A DNA stretch of 64,000 nucleotides from Camelus ferus (taxonomy: Eukaryota). The notes under the pieces are model-generated. The model saw only the letters and a program-made list of their open reading frames with translations. It made no database searches and had not been told where the DNA came from. The DNA is taken from assembly GCF_009834535.1 (NCBI RefSeq), contig NC_045696.1:9674001-9738000 (forward strand). The letters run 5' to 3'. The translations under genes were made by a program, and so were the position numbers. Shown piece by piece: positions 37,635 through 50,810 of the stretch (position 1 is its first letter; every line of letters starts with the position of its first letter).

Positions 37635-38799
37635 GGGTAGATGAGATGGGAAGGATGTGGACACTGATTTTTTTTTTTTTAATGAGGCTCTCAGCCCACA
37701 CTGAGGGTAAACAGAAGCAGAAAAGCCACCAAGCCCAGTCATCAGGTACTTCCCAGCACTCAACCGCAAGAGATGACCCTTAGCACTTGCCTTTCAAGAG
37801 CAGGGATAGTCAACCACATAAAGGAGTAGATTTTCTTGACTTTGTTTGTGGCCAGTGTCTGTGCGGCCTCCCAGATGCACGTGCATTCCCTCCACACATT
37901 CATTCCCTGACCGCAGTGACTCACACCTCTTTCCATGTGAGGTCCTCCTCCCGAGGGAGATACTCCAACCAGCGCCTAGTGATCCCGACAGAACAACATC
38001 GTTTTCCTAAAGGTACTTTCCCAGATGAAAACCACATCTTTATCTAATCAAACAGTTTCTTTACAAATTAGTTTGTACAAGAAGCACTAGATCAGATGAG
38101 AAAGACAAGAGCCAACTCATTAAGGTTATCTGATTTATATTGAAAGATCTGCGATCTTTATAGATCTTAAAGATCTCTATCATGAGATCTGCATTGACCT
38201 AAGACATACACTCTTAGTCAGATAATGAAAAATGGATCAAACGGTATTTAAAATGGAGTACAAATATGCTTTGATTGTTTTTAATAACACTCTTTTTACA
38301 CGTGTGACATCAAAGGAAGCATCAGTTAAGCAGAAATGAAGCCAAACTGGGTGGCCTTTGAAGGGAAACAAGTAACTCGTTACCCTGTAATCTACTAAAA
38401 TGATCCCTCAAAGAGACTCCCTGGGCGTCAAACCAATTATTCTCAAAGCTACAGGCAAAACCTGAGAGGACAATACCCCATTGTTGAAAATAAGGAAAAG
38501 ATGACTGGAGACTGCTCGAGGTTGTCATGATGAGTTAGCAAAAAAGAAAAGTGAAGACAAAACCAAAAATACTCCCAGGTTAAGGCAGATTCTGAGTTGG
38601 TAGGAGAGGAAGGTCCACGGTGGAGTTCCATGGGATGGAGACGCCAGAGTCCAATGTTCTCAGAGAAGAGCATTACATTAAGAACACTTATGCTTCTTTT
38701 TCTCTCTCACAAATCACTGCCTACCAAAAGGTGATCTAAGAGTAAATAGCCCATTTTTATAGGAAAAAACACAAGTAGTAAATCATGACATGGAAGCCA

Positions 38800-39160
38800 T
38801 TCTGCCTTCAGATTTTTCTGGCTTGTCTCTTGGGACCACGACAAGATCACAGATCACTTGCCCATGAAGTAGGGTCTACCACATGACTTGCTTTGGCCAA
38901 TGAAATGGTGGGAGGAATGGCACGTGTACCATGCAAGCCAGAGCATTTAATGACCTACATATGATTTGCTATTCTCTCTCAGTTCCTCCATGACCGGCAA
39001 CATTTCAGAGACTGGCAGCTTCACCAGCCTGGCTCCTAAAATGAGGATGTGAGGACAAACATCACTGGTCAACTCACAGCAGAAATGTAGCATAAGCAAG
39101 AAACAAAACTTTGTGATTATAAGTTGCTAAGATTTTTGAGATGTTACCATATCTTAACCC
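38800..39160 (+). mobile_element. Old MaLR LTR (MLT1H/I/J-like)
   Basis: acatgacttgctttggccaatgaaatg...tagcataagcaagaaacaaaactttgtgattataag. Confidence 0.7.
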
Positions 39161-39269
39161 AGCCTCATTAGTTTTGCATATATGCTATGAAGGAAAAATA
39201 TTCAGCTTCATACAATTCAACTATGAAATAGCACTTTATAATATCTAGCCTTTCCAATCAGTGAAAAAG

Positions 39270-39650
39270 GAATTAGATGATTAAAACCCAATGTGAAGGA
39301 TACTGGAAATTTTTAAAAAATCATTGTTAACTATGTAATTTGATGATACAACATTCCTAGAGTATTAGCTAATACTACCTAACAACAACAACAAAAAAAC
39401 ATTCACATCCTTTACCCCAGTAATTCTCTTCTGGGAATTTATTTTAAGGAAATAATTCAAAGGAATTGTCGGAAGTTAATTATACAGAATTGTGTACAGT
39501 AACTCTTTTCATAATGGTCAACAACTGGAAAAATCAAAATGCCCAACAATTAGGTAAGATAAAGTAAACTATAGCAAATTAAAAATGCAATATATAAATT
39601 ACTAAAACCAATGGAACAGTAACTATAATGCAAAATTCAATGAAAAAGTA
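39270..39650 (+). mobile_element. Degenerate L1ME-like fragment
   Basis: catcctttaccccagtaattctcttctgggaatttattttaagga and aactggaaaaatcaaaatgcccaacaat (ORF2 C-terminal region). Confidence 0.65.
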
Positions 39651-40154
39651 GCTCATCTCTGCATCCCTGCAGATTTAGCTCCTGTAAAACAAAATGTAAA
39701 GCTAAAATGTAAGCTCTGTGTGGGTAGGAATTTTCTGGGTCTTGTCCTCCACCACATCCCAAGCACTCAGAACAATGCTTGGCACATGGAAGATATTCTG
39801 CCATATATTTTTTGAGTTAATTAGTTAACTGTTAATTAATCTTCATAAAAACCTTCAAAGTCAAGTATAATGTTGTTGTTCCCAATTTACAAATAGAAAA
39901 AAATGTGATTTTGAGACGTTTTTGTTTTGTTGGTTATTAGAGATTTTTTTGCAAATTTTTCTACAACATTTCAGCATTTTTAAGAATTCTTTCTGAGGGA
40001 GCGCCTAACTCCTCAGTTCTCCCTCTCCACACAGTCCCTCCTGAGAAGTGTTTCTTCTGTGGTCCCCAAGAGGCAGGAGAAGGCTCAGAGGTACACAGTG
40101 GATTAGAAACCAAGCAACACTTGAGGGAAGAGATGAGTGCCAGGTGCTCCTCAT

Positions 40155-40653
40155 ATTAGGTGTCTATTGCTATGCAATAAATTATCCCAGAACTCAGCTG
40201 CTGAAAATAACAAAGGTTATCATTTCATACTTTCTGTCAGACAGGATGTGTCTTAGCTGAGTGTCTTTGATTCAAGGTCTCTCATGAAGTCTTAGTCATG
40301 CTATTTGCCAGGGCTGTGGTTTCATCCGAAGGTTTGATTGGATTGGGGGTGGAGGGAGCTCATTTATTTGATTGTTGAAAGACCTTCTCACCATGTGAAC
40401 TTCTGCACAGACCTACCTTACAACACAACAACTGGGTCCCCCAAAGATGAGTAATCCAAGAGAGAATGAGCATCCAAGATGGGAGGCACAATCTTTTTAT
40501 AATTTAATATCAAAATAGCCATTCCATTCCATCACTTCTGCCCTATTCAAGAGTGTCAGTAAGTCCAGCTTACTAAAGGAGAGGGGGTTACCCAAGAGAA
40601 TAAATCCAGGAGGCAGGGGTCATTGGGGGAAATCTTGGAGGCTGCCTGCCACC
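40155..40653 (-). mobile_element. MaLR solo LTR (MLT1F-like)
   Basis: Ends ccaggaggcaggggtcattgggggaaatcttggaggctgcctgccac, the reverse of the MLT1F 5' end. Starts tctattgctatgcaataaattatccc. Confidence 0.8.
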
Positions 40654-40856
40654 TTCCTTCTCCACAACATTCACTCCATAAATGGCAGTGTTGGTGCCTC
40701 AGCCAGAGGCCATACCACCTGCCAGTCTCAACACACTGCAGATATAATCCAGTATGCTCCACAGTGGCTTAGGATGTTGGAAACTTATCATATCACACCT
40801 ACAAACAAGAAGGCTCACCCAGGAACACCAGCCTAGGCTCATGCCACCTCTGATAC

Positions 40857-41209
40857 TGTCTTAGTGCATTTGGACTCTTATAACAAAAATACCACAGACT
40901 GGGTGGATCATAAACTATTTCTCAGAGTACAAGAGGCCGGGAAGTCCGAGATCAAGGCATCGGCGGATTTGGTGTCTGGTAAAGACTCACTGCCTGGTTT
41001 GTAGACAGCCATCTTGTCACTGTGCCCTCCTGTGGGAAATGGTTGAGGGGGCTCTCTGGGGGTCTCCTTATAAAGACTAATCCCATTCAGGAGGGGTCCA
41101 ACCCTCATGACCTAATCACCTCCCTACGGCTTCACCTCCAAACACCATCACACTGGAGATTAGGCCTCAACGTGGGTTTTGAGGAGACACTGACATTTAC
41201 TCTATAGCA
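40857..41209 (-). mobile_element. MaLR solo LTR (MLT1A-like)
   Basis: tgtcttagt...ataacaaaaataccacagactgggtgg...gaagtccgagatcaagg...ccctcatgacctaatcacctccc...tatagca. Confidence 0.92.
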
Positions 41210-41261
41210 AACACACACCAACTTAAAACAAAATGATGACTTGGTTAAGAAAAAAATAAAG

Positions 41262-41492
41262 AATGGTGGTTAATGACATACAGACTAACACTAGACTGTC
41301 TGGGATGGTGTCTGGATTTTGCCACTTAATTATTGTGTGACCTTATCCAAGCTTCTCACCCTCCCTGAGTCTTAGTTTTCTCATCTGTAAAATGCCACCT
41401 ATTTCATGGGACTGTGCTGATTAAAGAAAACAATAGACAAAGTGCTTAGATCCATGTCTGGCAGACAGTAAACTCTAAATAAATGTTAATAG
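41262..41492 (+). mobile_element. Near full-length MIR
   Basis: gtggttaa...gccacttaattattgtgtgacctt...agttttctcatctgtaaaatg...aaagtgcttaga...aataaatgtta. Confidence 0.9.
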
Positions 41493-42944
41493 TCGGTTCA
41501 TGATGCTTGTTGTCATAGCAAAAAACAGATCTATCCCGGGGAAGAGATAGGGGCTGACACTTTTGCCCAGACTTCCCTCTCAACCATCATGGACTTCTGA
41601 TTGTGGTGTTCAAGTAGTTTTCAAAAAGGAAAAATTTTTCCAAGGGAGGCCAAGATCCATCCACTGCATGTTAACTCTTGGCCATCGTGGCTTGGCTTGG
41701 GCCATCACGAGCCACAAGAGTGGCAGGAACACAACAGTTTGTTTTCTGTGTGTCTCTCCTAATCTGCAAAACAGATGCGGCCTGGACGGTCTCCAGTCCG
41801 GGCTGTCTTCAGGAGGAATGAAGCCCCACATCTCTGGCACATGGCTCCGTGTTCCCAGTGTGGATGGGATCCCCATAAATCAGGCCACTCATTCCAACCC
41901 CACAACCTGCAGTGGAGGAGTTCTTGGCAGAAGCTCCTATTTTCTTAGCCTATGACTTTCCGTCTAATCATTTCGTCCTGTAAAATCCAATTGGTTGCAA
42001 CTAGAGACAGAACGATTTTAGCTGTGAATTTCTCGTTCACGCTGAGCATGTGTCTCCTGTCTGCGTCCCTTGGTGAGTTCCCAAGCCAGAAGAGCAGATT
42101 ATGGCAAATTCCTCCCAGTGGACTCCAGTCCCGGAGAGAAAGCCAATTCAAGTAGAACATTCAAACTAAGAGCACTTAGGAGCCGAGACAGACAAGGGGG
42201 CGTGAACGGCCTCCCGACCCTCACCCAGCAGAGAGCCCACCCAGAGCACCAAGACCTGGGGACCACCCCACCGTGGACTCGACCCCTCAGGGGAGCAGAG
42301 CCAGACCCCCAGCACTCCCGCTGCTGTACATCATGGGGGCTAGGGTTCACCCAAAGTTTTGCCCCTTCACCTTTCCAGAAGCTTGTTCCCTGTCCCTGCT
42401 TTGCATTCTCTCTAGGGAATATGTTTCCTCTTTTGTCCGCATGTTCCCTGATCCCCAGACTTGTCGTAAAACAGCTGCATGGCCTGAAAAAATATCAGTT
42501 TGATTTTCATTCCATCTGCTGGCAAAGTGACCTTGGCTAAGTCACTTCACCCTCCTGAATGCCTCCCTGTCAATGAAGAGGAAGGAGGAGCAGGTGATAC
42601 CTGAAGTCCTTTTAGCTCTGCACTTTCCATCTCCCTGAGTGGATGGCGATAGGCCAAAAGCAAAGGCTCACTGTGCCCGCCGATGGGCAGAGAACAGGGC
42701 GTCCCTGCGGGAAGAGCATGTGTCCCCCAGCCAGCCTGACCGGGTCCCTTCCTCCAGCCCACAAGGCCAGAGTGAGACAGGACTGACCCCTGAACCCCCT
42801 GCCCCAGCAATTGGAGGAATGAGCCTGGTGAGGACCCCCCAGAATGAGGGGAGGCAGCTTGCCACCAAAAATAGAGGAGCAAACACATTCCCACCCTCTT
42901 ACAGGGAGCACGCCTGGCCACAAAGCTCAAATCTGGGTTGAGGG

Positions 42945-43056
42945 AGTGTGGCGTGCGAGTGTGTGTGGTGTGGTGCGTATGGTGTGTGTGGTGTGTGGTA
43001 TGTGTGCGTCTGTGGTGTGTGTGGTGTGTGTGTGTCTGTGATGTATATGTATGTGC
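42945..43056. repeat. Degenerate (TG)n/(GTGTG)n low-complexity repeat
   Basis: Directly visible. Confidence 0.9.
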
Positions 43057-43104
43057 ATAGCCTTTTCAATAACTATCGACACTAAGAATAATAGGTCTTT
43101 ACTT

Positions 43105-43490
43105 GAGATCAGAAAAGAAAATTACTATACAGGACATTTGTGGGAGCACTGGTGTGACTTGAATGTGGACTGTATAGCACATATTTCTGTTGTATCAGTG
43201 TTAAATTTTCTGAACTTAACTACTATATTGTGGTTATAAAAGTGAGAGTCCTTATTCTTAGCATTCAGGGATGAAAGATCATGGTGTCTGCAACTTACTC
43301 TCAACTGGTGCCATAAATAATGATAATAATATAGTCAGTCTGCTTGTGGAGCTGACAGCACACGTGGCGATGTTAACCACTGGGCAATGTAGGTCAAGGG
43401 CAGACAGATGTCCACTGTGCTAGTCTCATAACTTTTCTGCAGGCTTAAAATTTTTCCAAATGAAAGGTTAAGAATAAAATGAAATTTAAA
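43105..43490 (+). mobile_element. L1ME-like 3' end
   Basis: tgtatcagtgttaaattttctgaa, gtctgcaacttactctcaa, aacttttctgcaggcttaaaatttttccaaa. Confidence 0.7.
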
Positions 43491-45377
43491 AATTTAAAGT
43501 GTCTAGGGATTTTTCAAACATCTTAGTTCGGGGTTAAGAGCAGCGGGTGCAAAGACAGGTGAGAGTCTCTGGTTCTAATTAAGTTCACTGATCCTCTTGG
43601 GTTTCAACGTCACGACCAAGGCCAAAATGCTGACCTGGCCTCACACAGCTGTGTTTCGCTGGAGAGAAGCCAGTGGGGGAGGCCCGATCTGCCCTCCAGG
43701 AAGACACTATCAGTGGGAAGAAAGGCAGGCCACACAGTCCTTGACGGCCACCCAAACACGATGGGCCACTAGGACCCACGGCCCTTCAGCCTTGGAGGTG
43801 AGGGCGCTTGCTTCCTGAGAGCATCAAATCGGACTCCAAGTTCCAAATGCGTCTGCGACTTAGGCAAAACCTCCTCTCTCCCCACCAAGCTTCAGTGCTT
43901 TCTTTCCTTCTTTAATCTCCAATTTCTGTTTCAGTGACTGATAAGTGTGAGGCCAGCAGTGGACCAGGCTGCCCCCGGGAGGCAGAAGGGCTGGGCTCTT
44001 GGCTGTCTGTGCCACATGGCCTCAAACCAGCACCTCTGCTCAACAGACATCAGCTCAACAGACATCCTGGCGATCCAAGACCTGTTAGGAGACAACCACA
44101 GGGCTTTTTGAATGTCATTGCCTTTCTTAAATCATTCTGATCGTTCCCATAAAGAAACATCATTATGGACACAGAAGTGGGCACCTGTATGGACAGAGGG
44201 TCCTCCTGGTCACATTGGGTGGGGTAGGGGCTAGGGGGCTGCCCACTAAAGGAGGGCTTGGAGGCAAGAGCACCCCTCCTCTGGCTCTTTCCAAATCTTT
44301 TGCTCCTCCTCTTACCCAGGTGGCAGCACCTGGTCATCCCTGTGTGGCTCTGGAATCTTCTCCCCCACCTCTTAGTTGCTTCATTTCTTCTCCTTCATTT
44401 CCCCGATTTTCAGGCATCCTGCGAGTCCATCTTGGTTTGATATAGCCAAGAAGAGGCCAAGCTGGGGCTCCAATTCCCAATCCTCTATGCTTCTTGCCTG
44501 GAGGTGGCCTCTACCTGGAAGTACCAACATGGCCTCCCAACTCTAAAGGTTCCAGGCAGCCTGAGTGGTTCCCACAAGAGACCACAAAAGGTAGACAGCT
44601 TTGTCTGCCAGGGTGGGCAGCAGGAAAGCCTGTGTACCCAACCCTGTGCTCCAAACAAGTGCTTGGGAAAGAGACAAATAATTTAAGAAGGCATAAATGA
44701 GGGAAGTCAGTAAGTAACCCTCCCTAGAAGTCATGGCACCAAGAAAAGTTCCTCCCATCATATTCTCTCCCATTTTCTAACTATGTGAAGTCCCCAAAGT
44801 AAATCAGTCCCTTGGGTTAATCACTAGATCCATCCCAGGTTTTAGAGTCTTACCCCTTCCAAATTTTGAGTTCAGATCCCTTTCCTGGCCCCCCCATATT
44901 GCTTTCCCCTCTCCTTTCCTTATCCTTGTATATAGTTCCACTGATATGCTAGAGTGTGGCATCCAATGACAGGAAGAGAATTCCAGCAGACCCCTATCAC
45001 TTCTCTGCCCTGGTCCTCCCTCTTGTGGACCACAAACCTCTCTTCCCTGCCTCCATTCAGCTCCCCTAGGCTGGAGTCTCCACACCTTCACCCAACCACC
45101 CACCCTACCAATGAACCCCAGGGAGACTTCTCCTCACCCCATCCCTGCCTAGAAGCATGTCCCTGGTCACATCAGCACCTCCCATCCACTATGGGGAGTA
45201 AGGTGATGCAGGCACAGTTTTCCTCTACATAGCACCTACTATCACTTACAGCCTCCTCCTTCCACCCATCTCAGAGCATGGTCTTAAGGATGGTCTTTTA
45301 AAGAAAAAAAAATGTTCCTAAAAGCACCTTGAATTGTCTGAAGATGTCAGTAACACCACTGATACTATTTCTTAATG

Positions 45378-46045
45378 GACTTTATTTTTAGAGCAGCTTT
45401 AGGTTCACAGCAAAATTGAGCAGAAGGTACAGAGATTTCTTATATACCCCACCTCCATGCGTGCATAATCTCCCTCATTCTCTATGTCTGTCACCAGATG
45501 TTACATCTCTCATGTTACAGTCAGTGAACTGACACACAGTTATCACTCCAAGTCCATAGTTTGCATTAGAGTGCCTCTTGGTGTTATACATTCTGTGGGT
45601 TTGGACATATGTATTACGACATGTATCCCCCATTGTAGTGTCACAGAGCATTTTCACTGACCTAGAAATCCTCTGTGCTCTGCATAGTTATCCTTCCTCC
45701 CTTCTCCCTGGCAAGCCCTGATCGTTTTACTGTCTTCGTAGGTTTACCTTTTCCAGAATATCACAAAGTTGGAATCATACAGTATGTAGTCTTTTCAGAT
45801 TGGCGTCTTTTACTTAATAGTATGACTTTAAGTTTCCTCCATGCCTTTTTATGGCTTGATAGCCCATTTCCTTATAGCTCTGAATAATATTCCATTGTGT
45901 GAATGTACTAGTTTCTTTATCCATTCACCCACCAAAGGACCTCGTGGTTGCTTCCAAGTTTCAGCAATTATGAATAAAGCTGCCTTAAACATTCATGTGC
46001 AGGTTTTTGTGTGGACATAAGTTTTCAACTCATCTGAGTAAATAC
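45378..46045 (-). mobile_element. L1MC1/2-like 3' end
   Basis: tttttagagcagctttaggttcacagcaaaattgagcagaaggtacagaga...gcaggtttttgtgtggacataagttttc. Confidence 0.88.
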
Positions 46046-46799
46046 CAACGTGGATCATATGGGGAGAGGCACTGCTATTATCAGCTGTACTTTTCAAGCA
46101 AAGTTTCCCTCCTTCTCAGCTCCTCCTGGGGTCTGCCTCATGCCCCACAGCCCCCGGATTCTTAGCATCTGATTTACTTGACTATTTAATATAGCTTAAA
46201 AAAACTTTTTATTTTGAGATAATTGTAGATTCATATGCAGTTGTAAGAGATAGTTCAGGAAGGTCCCTTCACCCAGTTTCTCCCAAGGATAACATCAACT
46301 TGCATAACTATAGTGTCATATCACCAACAAGAAATTGACCGAGTTATGGATGTACCAGTTTGTTTAACCATTCACCCATCGTAGGATATTTGGGATGTTT
46401 CCAGTTTGGGACTATTACAAATAGAGCTGCTATGAATATTTTTGTAGAGTTTTTTTTTTTTCTCTGTGTGTGAGCATGAGTTTTCATTTCTCTGGGATAA
46501 TGTCCAAGAGTGCGATTGCTGGGTCACATGGTAAGTGCATGTTTAGTTTTGTGAGAAGCTGTCAGACTCTTTTTCCAAAGGAGCTGTGCCATTTCCATTC
46601 CCATCACAATGTGTGAGTGAGCCAGTCTCTCCCCATCCTCGCCAGCAGTTGGTGTTATCACCGGTTTTTATTTTAGCCATTCTGATAGGTGCATGGTGAT
46701 ATCTCATCATGGTTTTAATTGGCATCTCCCTAATGGCTAATGATGTTGAACTAGTCTCCACGTGCATATCTGCCTTCTGCATATCTTCTCCAGTGAAAC

Positions 46800-47343
46800 T
46801 GTTACCCCAAAAGGGAGAGAAAAAAGATTCTAGTTCTTGTCTTACTCAAAAGAATTCAGATGGGAGACAGAAGCATTGAGTAGTGAAAGATTTTAAAGGT
46901 TTTATTAGCAAAAGCGAACTACACCTCCAAGAACAGGAGGCAGGCTGATCTAAGGGTGGACAGAAATGGTCTTTGTTTGGCCCTTTCCTTTTACCCTCAC
47001 TTGGAGATGGTCTCTTGATTGATTAATGGCCCTTGTCCCTGGAATGCTTAGTCATGTTTATCCCCTTTTGCGCATGTCCTTACCCATAATGCACACAGAA
47101 AACCCAGGGGGGGCCCTAAACCACAATGCTAATTATATTTTTACAATGAGCATTGGATCATGTCCAGTTGGGTCTTGATTGCTACTGCCAGGCCATCAAG
47201 TTCTAACTAGTTTCTTGCTGGCACTCATTTAGACTAAGTAAAGCCCCTTTATGCTGAAGGCGGGCACACTGCAATCTTCCAGACCATCCTCCCTCTCCTT
47301 CGCCGTAGCTGCCGGGTGTCCCCACTTATCTAACTACCTAACA
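46800..47343 (-). mobile_element. Solo ERV1-like LTR with perfect 4-bp TSD
   Basis: TGTTA...TAACA inverted termini. AAAC at 46796-46799 and 47344-47347. Minus-strand AATAAA near 46900. Splits L1 sequence cleanly. Confidence 0.88.
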
Positions 47344-47770
47344 AAACATCTATTCATGTCTTTGCCCATTTTAGAGCTTTTCTACTGTTGAGTTTTGAGA
47401 GTTCTTTCTATATTCTAGGTACATGTCCTTTGTTAGGTATATGATTTGCAAATATTGTCTCTCAGGCTGTTACTTATCTTTCCATTCTGTTCATAGGGGC
47501 TTTCACAGAGCAAAAGTTTCAATTCTGAGGATGTAAAATTTACCAGTTTTTCCCTGTATGGATCATGTTTTTGGTATCAAGTCTAGAAACTCTTCATCTT
47601 GCCCAGGTCCCCGTGTTTTCTTCTATTTTTTTAAATTTTAGGTGGAGTTATTCTAAGTTTCATATTTTACATTTGAATTTGAAGTCCATGATCCATTATT
47701 TTTTCATGATCCATTTTGAGTCACTTTTTGTGTAATGAGGTGAGGAATAATGTGCGGCGTTGCATTAGAG

Positions 47771-47773
<3 letters not shown>

Positions 47774-47806
<33 letters not shown>
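47774..47806. repeat. Long poly-T tract inside L1
   Basis: About 30 consecutive T. Confidence 0.9.
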
Positions 47807-47808
<2 letters not shown>

Positions 47809-49811
47809 CTGTGGACATACATCACTCTAGCATCATTTGTTGAAAAGATCATCCTTCCTCCAATGAATTGCTTCTGCTCCTTTGTCAAAAATCACTTTGA
47901 CATATTTATGTGGGCATTCACTTGACATTCGTCTTGACTCTTTTCTTTTTAGAAACTCTCCTGCCTAGCGGAAGGCGACTGGCTGTGCACATCTGAAGTC
48001 TTGGAAACTCTGGATTGATAGGTAGTCATTACTTCTAGCAGCCTGGACTCAAACTCCCACGTAGCTGCAAAGCATCAGGGGTATGGCGAGTGGCATCCTA
48101 ACTTAAGGAAAGCAAGGAGCAAAAATGGTCTGGGGAAGAGGAAGTGTCCATCAGCTTAACTAAGATTTTATAAAAATGGGAACGAGCAAGATAGATCTCT
48201 TTCCAAGATGGCGGCAAAATGCGAGTGAATTCCAGCTTTCCTTTCTTGAAAGCACTGAGCTGTTCTGAAGGCCGGGGAGGTCAGCGATGGGGACTGTGGC
48301 ACCGCGGTGTAACCACAACCCACAGTAAAAGCCCCATCTGGGAGACAAAGCCATTCTCAGCCTCCAGTAACAGCCAGGGTGCACCTTTTATAGCATGCCT
48401 TGCAGTTCAGTGCAGTATTTATCTTCAGAGGTGCTTTTCTTATATTTTTTTTGGTTCTCCTGGGAAGTGTCAGACTCAGTCTCCTCCTGAGAACTTCACC
48501 TGGAGCAGGAGGAGCCAGGTGGAGTTCATTCTGAGCCAAGAACCCACCTTCTTCACTTCTCTTCTGTGGGATTCTACTGAGCCCACCACCTGGCACTTGT
48601 TCCACCCGACAGCCTCCCAAGGTGGGGAAAGTAGACAGAGGGGGAACACTATAACCAGAAGCTTCACAATATGGGTCCATTTCCATTCCAGGTCCAAGTA
48701 AGAGAGATCAGGCCCCTCGGGACAGAGCAGATTCCCTTTGCCCTGCAGACCCAAGGCTAAGAATCACGGCTCAAGATTTTTTTTTAATGTCAGAATGTCA
48801 AAAATAGAACAAGTTTCTCAAAAACCAAGATACTGGCTCTTCACAATTCCCTACTCAGGCTGGCTTTCTGAACCACCTTAAAGAAATGCAGAGCTTCCTT
48901 CTGCGTGCCTCAGAATCTCCTAGAAACAAAGGCTATTCAAGACATGGCACTTGGAGCAGCTTCTTGGGTTCCCAGGGTAGATTTTTCTGCCTCTTACTGG
49001 ACCCAGAGCAGCAGAAATGCCTGGCAACCAGGGTTTTTGGGGCAAAAGCTTCGAGAACACTGCAGCCCAAAACGAACACGTGCCAAAGTCATCAGCCCTT
49101 TTGACTCCCTCCTTGCCCAGATGTGTTCAAGAGGAACACCCCAGGGTGAACTCTTGTCACAAAGCAATCTCTTGCTGTTCGCAAGACAAGCTAGGAGGGC
49201 AGTCATAATTAGAGTGTCACAAGCACACCACAGCTAATAAGTGACATAAATAACCATATAAATGTCAAGCTGTGAATCTGAAGCTTGACAGGACCTTTCA
49301 AATCCAACCGGAGCTTGGCACCGAAAAACATTCCCTGAATTTGCACATAATCTGCTTTTTGCAGCTCTTTTGAGAAGGAGCTATTTACCCAGTAAGCATG
49401 TTATTCTCCACCGCAGATTATAGTCATTCCAAGTCAATTAACTGCATTCCAAAGAAAACAGGAGGAACTTAAAATACAGGATTTGAAGGTTTGGGAGGGA
49501 GCTAGAGAAGACAGGAAGGGGTCTTGTAAATTGTGGTTACTAATACGTCCACATTGCCCACAAGCTCTGGACAGCAGACAGCACCAAGCCATTTGATTTT
49601 TTTTTTTAAAGAGAAAAAATTCCATGTTTTTGCTAGGATTTTCACTTGGCACATGTGGTGGAAGCTGTTCTGGCCAGTTGCAGGAGGGCACCAACTCAGG
49701 GCTCTCTCCAGAGTCCCCATCACAGAGGGTGCCCACAGTGTCATCATAATGCACTATCCATGGTTATGGAGTCCTGACAGCTTCTGATCCCCCAAGATTT
49801 CCCCTTTTTGC

Positions 49812-50405
49812 TTTTTAATTTTTGAGGTAAATTCATGTAACGTAAAATTAACCATCCTAACGTATACAATTTTTTTCAGTGGCAACTACTATAGTCACAC
49901 TTTGTGCACGCACCACCTCTATCTAGTTCCAAAACATTCTCATCACCATAAAAGAAAACCCCACCACATTAAGCAGTCACTCCCCATCTTCCCCTCCTGT
50001 GAACCCCTGGCAACCCCTAAATCTGCTCCCTGTCTCTATGGATTGTTCTACCCAGGACATGACATAAAAACGGAGTCTTACAGTATGTGATCTTTTGTGA
50101 CTGGATTCCTTCACTTAGCATCATGCTTTTGGGGTTCGTTTGTGATGCGGGATGGCTTACTATGACTGAGCAATATTCCGTTGCGTAGATATGTCACATG
50201 TTGTTTATCCATGCATCAGCTGAGGGACATTGATTGGGTTGCTTCCTCCTTTTGGCTGTTGTGAATAGTGCTGTTAAGAACATTTACATATCGGTTTTTG
50301 TTTGAATGCATTTTCAGTTTGGGGAGGTATGTGTATCTAGGAGTGGAGTGGCTGGGTCAGAAGGTAATTCTATGTTGAACTTTTGGAAGAAACACCAAAC
50401 TGTCT
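49812..50405 (-). mobile_element. L1MB-like 3' end
   Basis: aaattaaccat...accacctctatctagttccaaaacatt...ttttggctgttgtgaatagtgctg...ggtaattctatgtt. Confidence 0.88.
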
Positions 50406-50810
50406 TTCCCCTGCTTGCTTTTAAGTGCATTTATGCCTTCATTTAAAACCATGTCTTTCTACTATGTCTGAAGTTTAGGACAAGGGAGAGGAGGCTCACT
50501 GGTGGTTCACTCGTCCGTCTCACCAGAAGTCCAGCACTAAACTGATCTGCATAAATCCAAGTGGAGCTCCTGAAGAGGGCCTGGCCTTTCCACACTTCAC
50601 CCTCCCTGCCCCAGTAAATGCTGGGGCTGGATGATCATGGGGAAGAGAGGAGGAGGGACAGACCCAGTTGGGCAGTGCACTCCCAGGAAAAGTACACACA
50701 TTCCATGGGTACACCAGCCCGTTACCTGCTGGGATGCAAGAGGGAGACGTTAGAACTTCTATTTTGATCTATTTTTATCCAGAAAGTAAGAAAATAAGTG
50801 TTTTACTAAT

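Larger units (their letters stand above)
46200..47920 (-). mobile_element. Old L1M 3' end plus ORF2 C-terminal region, interrupted by an LTR at 46800-47343
   Basis: ORF 46543-46782(-) contains SL.IREM.IKT.MRYH..PIRMA.IK....N.CWRG.GE.G.L.HC (L1 ORF2 C-terminal cysteine-rich region). L1 sequence resumes at 47344. Confidence 0.9.

Noticed and set aside
19250..47716. Scattered micro-duplications (about 19253-19296, 35718-35736, 44039-44067, 47687-47716)
   Set aside because: Two-copy duplications of 8-22 bp, consistent with ordinary replication slippage. No shared unit or array structure.
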